Assembly (NCBI RefSeq): GCF_000008465.1
Contig: NC_006512.1
Location: 1,320,001-1,352,000 of the forward strand
Origin: Idiomarina loihiensis L2TR
GTDB lineage: Bacteria; Pseudomonadota; Gammaproteobacteria; Enterobacterales; Alteromonadaceae
Length of the DNA: 32,000 nucleotides
Direction of reading: 5' to 3'
Under the pieces are notes generated by a model. It made no database searches and was not told the DNA's origin. It saw nothing but the letters and a program-made list of their open reading frames with translations. How positions within the stretch are numbered: the first letter of the stretch is position 1; the number at the start of each line of letters is the position of its first letter. Shown here in pieces: positions 8,202 to 15,934 of this stretch. The position numbers and the translations under genes are program-made.

Positions 8202-8548
8202 TTCACCTCAAAGCTAAAATCACCCGATATTTTATGACTGTCCCCACCCATTGCCGTCCAATAAACCGTGTAACCACCTGACGCCAAATTGTTTTTAACA
8301 GCAATTTCGTACGCTGCTTTGGGAGTCATGCTCATCGAAAAGTCCAGCGGATGCATTTTACCGTCATCTGAGTGCAGCATAATTTTAGCCAGACGAACAT
8401 CACCGGAAAAATTCATCGTAATTTCCGTTGGTGACTCGGACAAAGTCGCACCGTCCTCCGGGCTACTGGATGTTAGGCCGACGTGAGCGCTAGCCCATGC
8501 ACTAAAAAATAACGTGGTACCGAAGGCTAACTTAAGTATGTTTTTCAT
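8198..8548 (-). CDS. copC: Periplasmic copper-binding protein CopC
   Basis: Signal peptide MKNILKLAFGTTLFFSAWASA, then mature N-terminal His (HVGLTSSSPEDGATL) and C-terminal GGDSHKISGDFSF, as in CopC. The track start at 8584 is replaced by ATG 8548, which follows an AGAGGAAA RBS. Confidence 0.9.
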   Translation of the reverse strand: MKNILKLAFGTTLFFSAWASAHVGLTSSSPEDGATLSESPTEITMNFSGDVRLAKIMLHSDDGKMHPLDFSMSMTPKAAYEIAVKNNLASGGYTVYWTAMGGDSHKISGDFSFEVK

Positions 8549-8574
8549 GTTGTTTCCTCTTTGTTTATTATCAA

Positions 8575-9318
8575 TTAAAACCAAACTCTGGCCCCAAGGA
8601 CCACGCCTGTTTCTGTGGTGTCCTTACCCATTCGTTTCATTTCATCTGCCGTGTTGCCTAACGCGCCGTTCCAATAAACACCAATGTAGGGTGCAAACTC
8701 ACGACTGATTTCGTGACGATAACGCAACCCCACACGCAAGTTGCTCAAGCCACTTTGCCGTTCATATTTGTCTGAATCTGTCAGGTTGGCTGTTAACTCA
8801 ATGCGAGGTTGTAAGTACGAGGTTTGTGTTAACTGCCACTCGTACTCAGTTTCGCTAACAAATTGGACGTCGCCTTCTTCATTCACCATCAGCGAGTTAT
8901 CCATTTCGAACCAATAGGGCGCCAACCCCATAAAACTCACGACAGCATAATTTTCCATAGACGCGTCCGACGATAAGGTACCTCGCGTACCAATACCGGC
9001 CTGAAACGACCAAAACGGAGACACCAAGTATCCATACAGCAGTTCGGCTCTTTCTAAGTCAGTGGGCTCACCGTCGTCTTGAACATTCTCCCCTTCACTC
9101 TTGAAAACAGCTCGGTGATAGTCACCGCCATACCAAGCAATCATGTCCCAGACGGCTAGGTTCTCTTCCTCGTTGGTTCGCGTTAACTCCAACCGATCGA
9201 ACAGTACTTGCCCGGTGTTATATTCTTTGACGGGTTCAGGCCAGTCCTCTTTCGCATGTCCGGCGACTGCTAAACCTGGCAACAACGCCGCACCCACTAA
9301 TAATGATTTACCGTACAT
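8575..9318 (-). CDS. copB: Outer-membrane copper resistance protein CopB (short form without a Met/His-rich N-terminal repeat region)
   Basis: From the internal ATG at 9318 the product reads MYGKSLLVGAALLPGLAVAGHA, with an AGGAGG RBS 5 nt upstream. CopB-family motifs are present (WDMIAWYGGDYHRAVFKSEGE; C-terminal LGARVWF). Confidence 0.85.
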   Translation of the reverse strand: MYGKSLLVGAALLPGLAVAGHAKEDWPEPVKEYNTGQVLFDRLELTRTNEEENLAVWDMIAWYGGDYHRAVFKSEGENVQDDGEPTDLERAELLYGYLVSPFWSFQAGIGTRGTLSSDASMENYAVVSFMGLAPYWFEMDNSLMVNEEGDVQFVSETEYEWQLTQTSYLQPRIELTANLTDSDKYERQSGLSNLRVGLRYRHEISREFAPYIGVYWNGALGNTADEMKRMGKDTTETGVVLGARVWF

Positions 9319-9329
9319 AATTGTCCTCC

Positions 9330-11093
9330 TTATGCGACATTGACCACACGGAACATACCCGCTTTCATGTGATACAACAGGTGACAGTGGAACGCCCAAC
9401 TACCCGGCGCGTCTGCCGTTATCAATAACGACACTTTTTCGCTCGGCTTCAGGCTAATCGTATGTTTGCGTGGGCGTGGATACTGTCCGTTTTCAAGTTC
9501 CATCCACATACCGTGTAGGTGTATGGGGTGGTCCATCATCGTATCGTTTACCATCACCAACCTCAGTCGTTCTCCATGATGAAACTGAACCGGGCCATCC
9601 ACTTCGGTAAACTTCTTCCCGTCGAAAGACCACATGTAACGCTCCATATGACCCGTTAAGTGCAGCTCTATCTGTCGTTCGGGCTCCCGCGTATCCGGCC
9701 ATTCATGCGCGCCGACCAAGTCGGTATACACTAAGACTTTATGATCAACGTCTTCCAATCCAATCCCGGGTTCATGCAAACGGCTTACCGGGTTTGTAGC
9801 AATCATAGCCGCCCCGGCGCCATGTCCGGACTCACGGTGTTTGATTTTAATGTTTTCGACCGGGAGCTCTTTTTTGTGTGTCATTTTATGCGTCATATGG
9901 CTGTTATTGCCGCCCATATGCTTCATATTCATGCTATTGCCTTTCATATCACCGGACATCGCCATCGCTCCCATGCCCATAGCGGCCATGCCTCGCTCCA
10001 CGGCAGGTCGCAGCTCAGGAACCTCTGCCTCTAAACCCATCTCCGGTGTTAAGGTGCCTCTGACATAACCACTTCGATCAAAGCTTTCCGCAAAAATAGT
10101 GTAGGCTTGATTTTTTCTGGGTTGTACGATGACGTCATACACTTCAGCAACGCCAATCCGAAACTCATCAATTGAGACCGGTTTAATAGGCTGTCCGTCA
10201 GCGGCCACTACCGTCATCTCCAACCCAGGGATCCTCACATCGAAATAACTCATTGCTGAACCGTTAATGATACGAAGGCGTACTTTTTCACCAGGCTTAA
10301 ACAATGCTGACCAGTTCATCTGTGAATCGCGGCCATTCATCAGGTAGGTATAAGTACTGCCCGTCACATCCGCAATATCACGGGGGCTCATTCGCATTTG
10401 CCCCCACATTTCTCGTTGCTTCCAGGTTTTCTCTAACCCTTGCTGTCGCACGTCCTCGAAGGTCTCAAATATCGTACGTTTTTGATAGTTATAGTACCCC
10501 TCCGCAACTTTCAAGTTACGAAACACGGTATCCGGATCTTCGAATGTCCAGTCGCTGAGAATAATGGTATGTTCTCGATCAGCACCAATGTCTCCGTCTT
10601 TCGGTTCAATCACTAACGGCCCCAGGTGTCCCAATTGCTCCTGCAAACCGGAATGGCTGTGATACCAATAAGTTCCGTTTTGCTCGACATCGTAGCGGTA
10701 TTTGAACGTTCGTCCTGGCTTTATCCCTTCGAAAGATACGCCAGGCACGCCATCCATATTCTCCGGCAATATAATTCCGTGCCAGTGAATTGACGTGTCT
10801 TCCGACAACCGGTTAGTCACATTTAGCTTTGCTCGCTGCCCTTCTTTTAAACGAATCAAAGGGCCCGGCATTTGGCCATTGATGGTTATTGGTGCTCCTA
10901 CTTTATTTCCCACGAGCAGTGGGGACTTTGCAATGGTCAGATCAATCTCATCGTTTGTCAGGATCTGATCTTTAAAACTGCGTCCCTGAGGAGCAGCCCA
11001 AGTTGGTGCTACTTTGGCGATTGCTAAAGCAGACGCCGCAGTAAATGCAGATTTAATGAATTTTCGACGCCCTTTATTAAACTCATTGTTCAT
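9330..11093 (-). CDS. copA: Multicopper oxidase CopA/PcoA with twin-arginine signal peptide
   Basis: 587 aa. Tat motif [10 protein letters not shown]...APTWA. Cu-site motifs HWHG, WYHSH, HPIHLHG and [12 protein letters not shown]. Met-rich segment [38 protein letters not shown]. Confidence 0.95.
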   Translation of the reverse strand: MNNEFNKGRRKFIKSAFTAASALAIAKVAPTWAAPQGRSFKDQILTNDEIDLTIAKSPLLVGNKVGAPITINGQMPGPLIRLKEGQRAKLNVTNRLSEDTSIHWHGIILPENMDGVPGVSFEGIKPGRTFKYRYDVEQNGTYWYHSHSGLQEQLGHLGPLVIEPKDGDIGADREHTIILSDWTFEDPDTVFRNLKVAEGYYNYQKRTIFETFEDVRQQGLEKTWKQREMWGQMRMSPRDIADVTGSTYTYLMNGRDSQMNWSALFKPGEKVRLRIINGSAMSYFDVRIPGLEMTVVAADGQPIKPVSIDEFRIGVAEVYDVIVQPRKNQAYTIFAESFDRSGYVRGTLTPEMGLEAEVPELRPAVERGMAAMGMGAMAMSGDMKGNSMNMKHMGGNNSHMTHKMTHKKELPVENIKIKHRESGHGAGAAMIATNPVSRLHEPGIGLEDVDHKVLVYTDLVGAHEWPDTREPERQIELHLTGHMERYMWSFDGKKFTEVDGPVQFHHGERLRLVMVNDTMMDHPIHLHGMWMELENGQYPRPRKHTISLKPSEKVSLLITADAPGSWAFHCHLLYHMKAGMFRVVNVA

Positions 11094-11301
11094 GATGACG
11101 CTCCTCTTCTGAGGTTAAATTTTGATGACGTTGAATGTCCTTTTCCCTATCAGACGGTTCATCAGTAATCGATGATTTAAACCCTTTTATCGCACTACCA
11201 AGATCGGATCCCAGGGTTCGTAGCTTTTTGCTACCAAAAAGAAGAATGACAATAACCAGTAAAACTCCTAACTGAACCATACTCATGCCGCCAAATCCCA
11301 T
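11083..11301 (-). CDS. tatA: TatA/TatE-family twin-arginine translocase subunit, embedded in the copper operon
   Basis: 72 aa. [48 protein letters not shown] closely parallels canonical TatA (MGG.S.WQL...LLFGTKKL...GSDLG..IKGFK). Its 3' end overlaps the copA start by 11 nt. It starts 2 nt after the copG stop. Confidence 0.9.
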   Translation of the reverse strand: MGFGGMSMVQLGVLLVIVILLFGSKKLRTLGSDLGSAIKGFKSSITDEPSDREKDIQRHQNLTSEEERHHEQ

Positions 11302-11303
11302 AG

Positions 11304-11795
11304 CTAAAGCCCTTCATTTGAGAGTGCTTGCTGCTGCTCTAAACTTGCTATCTGCTGATAAGGTGTAATTGAACCGTCCTTTTTGATTTCATAGACCGTA
11401 TACGGTTGAAACCGAGTACCCATTTCCATACCAACAGACCCTACCGGCATGCCAGGAACAGTTAATCCAATGCCATTTTCTGACTTTTTCCCAGCTAAAT
11501 AATGAGAAACCAATGTAGGAGGAACGTGCCCCTCAAAGACATAGCCATTACTAGAAATAGCGGTATGACAGGATTGGACCTCGGCACTAATACCGGAGTC
11601 ACGTTTTCGTTGGGTCAGGTTGTTCGGATGTTGTACGGACACACTAAAGCTATCCGGTAAAGCTTGTAACCACTTTTCACAGCAACCGCAGTTGGGATCT
11701 TTTAGAACGGTTAGTTGCTGCTCTTCTACATCGGTTGCAGATACAGACACGGAAAACAGCATCGCCAAAACAGCGATATTGCGTTTGATAGACAT
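11304..11795 (-). CDS. copG: DUF411 periplasmic copper-binding protein (CopG family)
   Basis: 163 aa with a signal peptide. Carries the CxCC motif (PNCGCCEKW) and [12 protein letters not shown], both hallmarks of DUF411/CopG. Confidence 0.85.
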   Translation of the reverse strand: MSIKRNIAVLAMLFSVSVSATDVEEQQLTVLKDPNCGCCEKWLQALPDSFSVSVQHPNNLTQRKRDSGISAEVQSCHTAISSNGYVFEGHVPPTLVSHYLAGKKSENGIGLTVPGMPVGSVGMEMGTRFQPYTVYEIKKDGSITPYQQIASLEQQQALSNEGL

Positions 11796-11870
11796 AATTA
11801 TTCACCGATTAATAAGTTTTAAGGGAGCACGCCGAGCGTGTGTTAAATTTCAATTACCGCTAGTAACTTA

Positions 11871-12221
11871 TTAAGCGGTAATTATTGGGGGACGGAATAA
11901 ATTAGACGCGTGTTTAGCACGAATGGAGGTGTCAACGGGCGCATCGACTTTGGCAGAGAGGTTAACTGCAGCGGCATTAACCGAAGAAGACTGTCCGACA
12001 AATAAAACCGAGCCGCCGGAGCAATGCCGAATGGTCATGTCAGCACAGCACGAGTTGTGCTTTTGCGTCTCATGCTCGCAATCGTTTGTGTCGGCTTCGT
12101 ACATCATGCTGTGCTGCATTTGGCTGTTATCATGACATGCGTGAGCTTCTGCCGTTTGCGAAAACGACATCGACACCAATAGCACTGTCATTAATAACAG
12201 AATTCGAATTAGCACGAGCAC
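11871..12221 (-). CDS. Small exported His/Cys/Met-rich protein, possibly CopL/CzcI/DUF2946-like; first gene of the copper operon
   Basis: 116 aa with signal-like N-terminus ...LLVSMSFSQTAEA. The mature part is HACHDNSQMQHSMMYEADTNDCEHETQKHNSCCADMTIRHCSGG, and the C-terminus is ...LFRPPIITA. The start is ambiguous (GTG 12221, GTG 12215 or ATG 12191). Family assignment is tentative. Confidence 0.45.
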   Translation of the reverse strand: MLVLIRILLLMTVLLVSMSFSQTAEAHACHDNSQMQHSMMYEADTNDCEHETQKHNSCCADMTIRHCSGGSVLFVGQSSSVNAAAVNLSAKVDAPVDTSIRAKHASNLFRPPIITA

Positions 12222-12248
12222 CCTGCTTTTTGCAATTTAATAAACTAC

Positions 12249-12276
12249 AGTCTAACGTCATTTTAACGCATGTCAA
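12249..12276 (-). promoter_or_regulatory. Putative sigma70 promoter of the copper operon
   Basis: Minus strand reads TTGACA (12271-12276), a 16-nt spacer, then TAGACT (12249-12254), about 30 nt upstream of the first start codon. Sequence-only prediction. Confidence 0.3.
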
Positions 12277-12290
12277 ATAAGGAGCAGATA

Positions 12291-12491
12291 ATGATGAATC
12301 ACGAAATGTTCGCAGGTATGGGCTTTCTATGGATGCTGATTGTGGGAGCTATTTTTATTGTTCCCGCATGGCGTATCTGCCAACGAGTTGGCTACCCTGG
12401 TCCATTGGGTCTTCTGATTGTTATCCCTATCGCAAATATCATTCTTCTTTACTTTATAGCGTTCGGCCCATGGAAAAATGTTGATAAATAG
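12291..12491 (+). CDS. Small two-TM membrane protein of unknown function
   Basis: AAGGAG (12279-12284) lies 6 nt before ATGATG at 12291. The product is MMNHEMFAGMGFLWMLIVGAIFIVPAWRICQRVGYPGPLGLLIVIPIANIILLYFIAFGPW. The GYPG..GLL..IP..N motif recurs in many small bacterial membrane proteins. Confidence 0.55.
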   Translation: MMNHEMFAGMGFLWMLIVGAIFIVPAWRICQRVGYPGPLGLLIVIPIANIILLYFIAFGPWKNVDK

Positions 12492-12555
12492 CTAATTCAC
12501 TTTAACCAAAGCAACAAGTATAGCTTTTCATCTCTGATCAGAAGCACGAATTTAT

Positions 12556-12579
12556 GGGTATACGGATTTAATGGTTGAT
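12556..12579. repeat. Left terminal inverted repeat of the IS
   Basis: GGGTATACGGATTTAATGGTTGAT. Its reverse-complement partner is at 15904-15927. Confidence 0.9.
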
Positions 12580-12613
12580 GGGGCACCTTCACCCCATCAA
12601 TCTGATACCACCC

Positions 12614-13903
12614 TCAGATGGTTGATAGATCGACTCCGTAGTTGAGTTCCTCTGCGAAGTCCGGCAGTCCGTAACCGATGGTTTTCTTGTAGAAAGGAGA
12701 GACCTTCGCAGTCGGTGCCTTCTTCTTGTGCTTCGTGGTGTAGAGCATTCGTGCCCGCATCACCTCGAAGGAGTAACCGCGCCCTTCACGGTTCTTGTCC
12801 TTGGCCAGTCGGTTGATGGACTCCGTGTAAGCGTTGGTGACGGGCATGTCCGTCTCGAAGTAGGTCATGGTCTCTTCGCGCCAGTTTCCCACTGCCCTGA
12901 CCAGATCGCTCCAGACTTCCTTTTGGCCCTTCGGGATGGTGGCTATCCACTCGTCCAGGGCGGCTTCTGCCTGGAGCCGTGTGGTGGCGTCCCAGATGCC
13001 GTAGAAGCGCTCCTTGTGCTCGTAGGCGGCCAGCAGTTGCGGGAACGCGCCTGTCCAGGTCTCCATGATGAGGCGCTCCCGGTCTGAGACTTCGTGAGCG
13101 CGTTTCAGCAGGATTTTCCGGTCTCCCTTGAGAGTCCGGCTCTGGGACGGTTTCAGCTCCTTTCTGAGGCCCTTGCGCACTCTCTCTAGGGCATCGTTGG
13201 CCATGCGCACCACATGGAACTTATCGACCACGATACGGGCCTGGGGCAGCACAGCCTTGACCGCTGCCCGGTAGGGGTTCCACATGTCCATGCTGACGAT
13301 CTCGACCTTCTGCCGGTCTTTCAGCTTCATCAGGTAGTTGGTCACCACGTCCTGGCGGCGGGTGGCCAGCAGGTCGAGCAGGGTTCGCTCCTCAATGTTG
13401 GTCAGAATGCAGCGGTAGCGCTTGTTCAGGTATAGCTCGTCAATGCCCAGGATGCGGGGCGTCTCGAAGCGGTGCCAGCGCCCCAGGAACTCGGCGCGGG
13501 CGTTGAAGATGTCGCGCACCGTCTTCTCGTCCAGGCCGGTCTGTGCCGCCACAAAGGTGTAGGGGTGGTTGAAGGATTCCTTGTCCACGTACTCATGCAG
13601 CCGCAGTGTCATACGGAATCCGTCCACCATCTCCGGTAGCTGGGGCCTGAATGTTGTCTTGCAGGCCCGGCAGGTGTATCGGCGGCGGACCACCCAGAGA
13701 GTGACCCGCTTGCCGTGGATGGGCAGATCACGATAGGGAACATCACGCTTGCCGAACCGCACGAACTCACCCTGCACGCCGCATTCCTCGCAAGCGACGG
13801 GATCGGGCGCGTCCACCTGGAAGTGCATTTCGTCGTCGGTTGATTTGCAGCCCAGTACTTGGTATTGCGGCATGTGAAGAATGTTGTCGGGAAGTTCGGT
13901 CAT
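12614..13903 (-). CDS. tnpA: ISL3-family transposase
   Basis: 429 aa. N-terminal zinc-finger-like CEECG...CRAC. Followed by the ISL3-type DDE region (ILGIDELYLNKRYRCILTNIE..., VSMDMWNPYR, VDKFHVVR, YTESINRLAKD). Confidence 0.95.
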   Translation of the reverse strand: MTELPDNILHMPQYQVLGCKSTDDEMHFQVDAPDPVACEECGVQGEFVRFGKRDVPYRDLPIHGKRVTLWVVRRRYTCRACKTTFRPQLPEMVDGFRMTLRLHEYVDKESFNHPYTFVAAQTGLDEKTVRDIFNARAEFLGRWHRFETPRILGIDELYLNKRYRCILTNIEERTLLDLLATRRQDVVTNYLMKLKDRQKVEIVSMDMWNPYRAAVKAVLPQARIVVDKFHVVRMANDALERVRKGLRKELKPSQSRTLKGDRKILLKRAHEVSDRERLIMETWTGAFPQLLAAYEHKERFYGIWDATTRLQAEAALDEWIATIPKGQKEVWSDLVRAVGNWREETMTYFETDMPVTNAYTESINRLAKDKNREGRGYSFEVMRARMLYTTKHKKKAPTAKVSPFYKKTIGYGLPDFAEELNYGVDLSTI

Positions 13904-13924
13904 GGTGTTGTATAGGCGAAGGTG

Positions 13925-14437
13925 TCAGTCAGATCCATCCGACTCGGCATTGGTGTTTGTTTTTTTACCCAAAAAGCTGCCGGAAACGAAAAGTAAGGCA
14001 CCGAGGACAATTGCAATATCAGCCAGGTTGAAGGCCGGCCAATGCCAGTCTCGCCAATAGAAATCAAAGGAATCCACAACATAGCCACGAAAGACCCGGT
14101 CAATCAGGTTGCCCATGGCGCCACCGAGGATAAGACTGTAAGCGATGGCTTCTCCTTTATGACGATTTTCAAGGATCAGCTTGATCAGAAAAATCGAGAC
14201 CGCCACCGCGATCCCGATAAAAAAGTAGCGCTGCCAGCCTCCACCATTCGCAAAAAGACTGAATGCGGCACCGGTGTTCCATAGGTGCACCCAGTTAAAG
14301 AACGGGGTCACCGAAACATACTCGCCATAGGCCATTGATTGCTGCACCAGCCACTTTACAGCCTGATCAGACGCTGCCAGCAGGCCCGATATGGACAATA
14401 GGGCATACGGCGAGAGCTTTTTGCCAATAATGAGCAT
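13925..14437 (-). CDS. lspA: Lipoprotein signal peptidase II (IS passenger copy)
   Basis: 170 aa with 4 TM. LspA motifs NTGAAFS, GGAMGNLIDR and FNLADIAI. Confidence 0.9.
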   Translation of the reverse strand: MLIIGKKLSPYALLSISGLLAASDQAVKWLVQQSMAYGEYVSVTPFFNWVHLWNTGAAFSLFANGGGWQRYFFIGIAVAVSIFLIKLILENRHKGEAIAYSLILGGAMGNLIDRVFRGYVVDSFDFYWRDWHWPAFNLADIAIVLGALLFVSGSFLGKKTNTNAESDGSD

Positions 14438-14440
14438 TAT

Positions 14441-15337
14441 TTAACCCTTCAACGCCAAAATGCGTCTGGCACCGTTAAGTACAATGCCCCCCGCGATGGT
14501 GCCGATAATCAGATCCGGATAATTGGAACCGGTCCACGCGACCAGGGCGCCGGCGGTGATGACCCCCAGGTTGATCACCACGTCGTTGGCCGAGAATATC
14601 CAGCTTGCCTTCATGTGCGCCCCGCCTTCCCGATGTTTGGATATGAGCAGCAGACAACTGGTATTGGCAATCAATGCGACGAATGCGATAGCCATCATCA
14701 CCAGCGATTCAGGCTCACTACCGAATACAAAGCGTCTCACCACCTCTACGAGCACGCCCACAGCCAAGATCAGTTGCAGTACACCAGCAAGATGCGCGGC
14801 ACGTACCTGCATTTTCACGCTATGTCCAACCGCATAAAGGGCAAGCCCGTACACCGCCGCATCGGCAAAATTGTCCAGGGATTCTCCAATCAGGCCGGTG
14901 GACTGGGCGATCAGACCGGCAGTCATTTCCACCACGAACAGAAGTGCATTGATGCCGAGCAACCAGCGCAGGGTCCCGGATTCTTGCTTAGCAGAAGCTG
15001 CCGAAAACTCGGCGGCCTTGGTGGTCTCCGGATTTGCAGCGACGGTTTCCTGAAGCGAGGCGCCTAGCCCCAAGGTCTTCAGTTTCGAGGTGACGGGCTC
15101 GACCTCGCCGTCATGCACGACCTTCAGCCGGCGGTTCGACAAGTCGAAGGACAGCGCCCGAATCTCCTCAAAGCCGTTCAGGGCTAGGCGAATCATTCGT
15201 TCTTCTGATGGACAGTCCATCTTCGGCACGGCATAAACACTGACCCATCTCCCTGGCGCCTCGGAGGAGGCCTGTATATCGGTATCCGCTGCGGACGTTG
15301 CATCACCGCCACAGGCGCCACCACAGGATTTGCTCAT
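14441..15337 (-). CDS. Cation diffusion facilitator (CzcD-like divalent metal exporter) with an N-terminal HMA-like domain (IS passenger)
   Basis: I take the start as ATG 15337 (MSKSCGGACGG...), with GGAG 8 nt upstream. The track start at 15358 is TTG. A Cys-rich leader and the VYAVPKMDCPSEERMIRLAL ferredoxin-like domain precede a 6-TM CDF core (ESLDNFADAAVYGLALYAV). Confidence 0.9.
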   Translation of the reverse strand: MSKSCGGACGGDATSAADTDIQASSEAPGRWVSVYAVPKMDCPSEERMIRLALNGFEEIRALSFDLSNRRLKVVHDGEVEPVTSKLKTLGLGASLQETVAANPETTKAAEFSAASAKQESGTLRWLLGINALLFVVEMTAGLIAQSTGLIGESLDNFADAAVYGLALYAVGHSVKMQVRAAHLAGVLQLILAVGVLVEVVRRFVFGSEPESLVMMAIAFVALIANTSCLLLISKHREGGAHMKASWIFSANDVVINLGVITAGALVAWTGSNYPDLIIGTIAGGIVLNGARRILALKG

Positions 15338-15370
15338 GATACGACTCCACTTGAACAATGTTGTGGTACC

Positions 15371-15401
15371 ATTTTAAACTATAAAGCTACTATAAGGTCA
15401 A
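15371..15401 (-). promoter_or_regulatory. MerR-type promoter (19-bp spacer) of the CDF-lspA unit, in the divergent region with merR
   Basis: Minus strand reads TTGACC (15396-15401), the 19-nt spacer TTATAGTAGCTTTATAGTT, then TAAAAT (15371-15376). An over-long 19-bp spacer is the hallmark of MerR-family-activated promoters. Confidence 0.6.
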
Positions 15402-15432
15402 TAGAGTAAAGAATCCGTTGGGGAGGAGGCTG

Positions 15433-15840
15433 ATGCGCATTGGTCAGTTGGCGCAGTTGGTAGGGGTCGAAACACAGACGATCCGCTTCTATGAACAGCA
15501 GGGCTTGTTGCCGCCGCCTGATCGGCAGGACAACGGTTACCGTGTCTATACCGAGAAGCATGGTGAGGGGCTGGCCTTCATCCGTCGCTGCAGAATCCTG
15601 GGCCTGTCACTGGCTGAGATTCACGAACTACAGAGCTATCAGGACGACCCTCATCAGCCTTGTACCGCCGTCAACGCCTTGCTCGATGATCACATCTCTC
15701 ATGTGCGGTCGCAGATAACCGCTCTGCAAGCGCTTGAGAAACAACTCGTTTCACTGAGAGCGAGTTGCAACGATGACCGGGAAGTTGAGGCGTGTGGGGT
15801 TCTTGCTGGAATTAGCGAAGGAAACATGCACCAGCAGTAG
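15433..15840 (+). CDS. MerR-family heavy-metal-responsive regulator (CadR/ZntR/PbrR-like; IS passenger)
   Basis: ATG 15433 follows GGAGGAGG. Product: MRIGQLAQLVGVETQTIRFYEQQGLLPPPDRQDNGYRVY (MerR HTH), a coiled-coil dimerisation helix, and Cys residues in PCTAV and ASCNDDREVEACG. Confidence 0.9.
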   Translation: MRIGQLAQLVGVETQTIRFYEQQGLLPPPDRQDNGYRVYTEKHGEGLAFIRRCRILGLSLAEIHELQSYQDDPHQPCTAVNALLDDHISHVRSQITALQALEKQLVSLRASCNDDREVEACGVLAGISEGNMHQQ

Positions 15841-15903
15841 GTGAAGCATCAACCAGATAATCCGATGAGATGCCGGTCTGTCTCACTCTCATGCAAAGGT
15901 AAG

Positions 15904-15927
15904 ATCAACCATTTAATCCGCTTACCC
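15904..15927. repeat. Right terminal inverted repeat of the IS
   Basis: ATCAACCATTTAATCCGCTTACCC, the reverse complement of GGGTAAGCGGATTAAATGGTTGAT. Three mismatches to the left IR. Confidence 0.9.
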
Positions 15928-15934
15928 CTAAAAG

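Larger units (their letters stand above)
12556..15927 (-). mobile_element. ISL3-family insertion sequence with passenger genes (ISPpu12-like), 3372 bp
   Basis: 24-bp terminal inverted repeats with 21/24 identity. Visibly GC-rich relative to the flanks. Four genes: ISL3 transposase, lspA, a CDF transporter and a merR-type regulator. This layout and size match my recollection of ISPpu12 from the Pseudomonas TOL plasmid. Not verified against ISfinder. Confidence 0.9.

Noticed and set aside
9841-10068. Apparent repetitiveness (CAT/ATG-rich DNA) in copA that might suggest a tandem repeat or a separate gene
   Set aside because: It simply encodes the Met/His-rich copper-binding loop of CopA on the minus strand. 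It has no regular repeat unit and no spacer-repeat architecture.
12230-12262. Cop/Cus-box-like sequence (ATGACGTTAGACTGTAGT on the minus strand) upstream of the copper operon
   Set aside because: The resemblance to my recollection of CopR/CusR boxes is loose and depends on the spacing chosen. No copRS gene is present to support it. It overlaps the -10 I proposed, so I cannot separate the two signals.
12728-15718. Long ORFs antisense to or overlapping the IS genes (12728..13087, 13214..13435, 13900..14103, 14042..14284, 14523..14837, 14615..15067, 14871..15053, 15491..15718)
   Set aside because: They lie fully inside well-supported genes (transposase, lspA, CDF, merR). Their products are Arg/Gly/Pro/His-rich and of low complexity. 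Such ORFs are the expected by-product of high-GC DNA, which has few stop codons.
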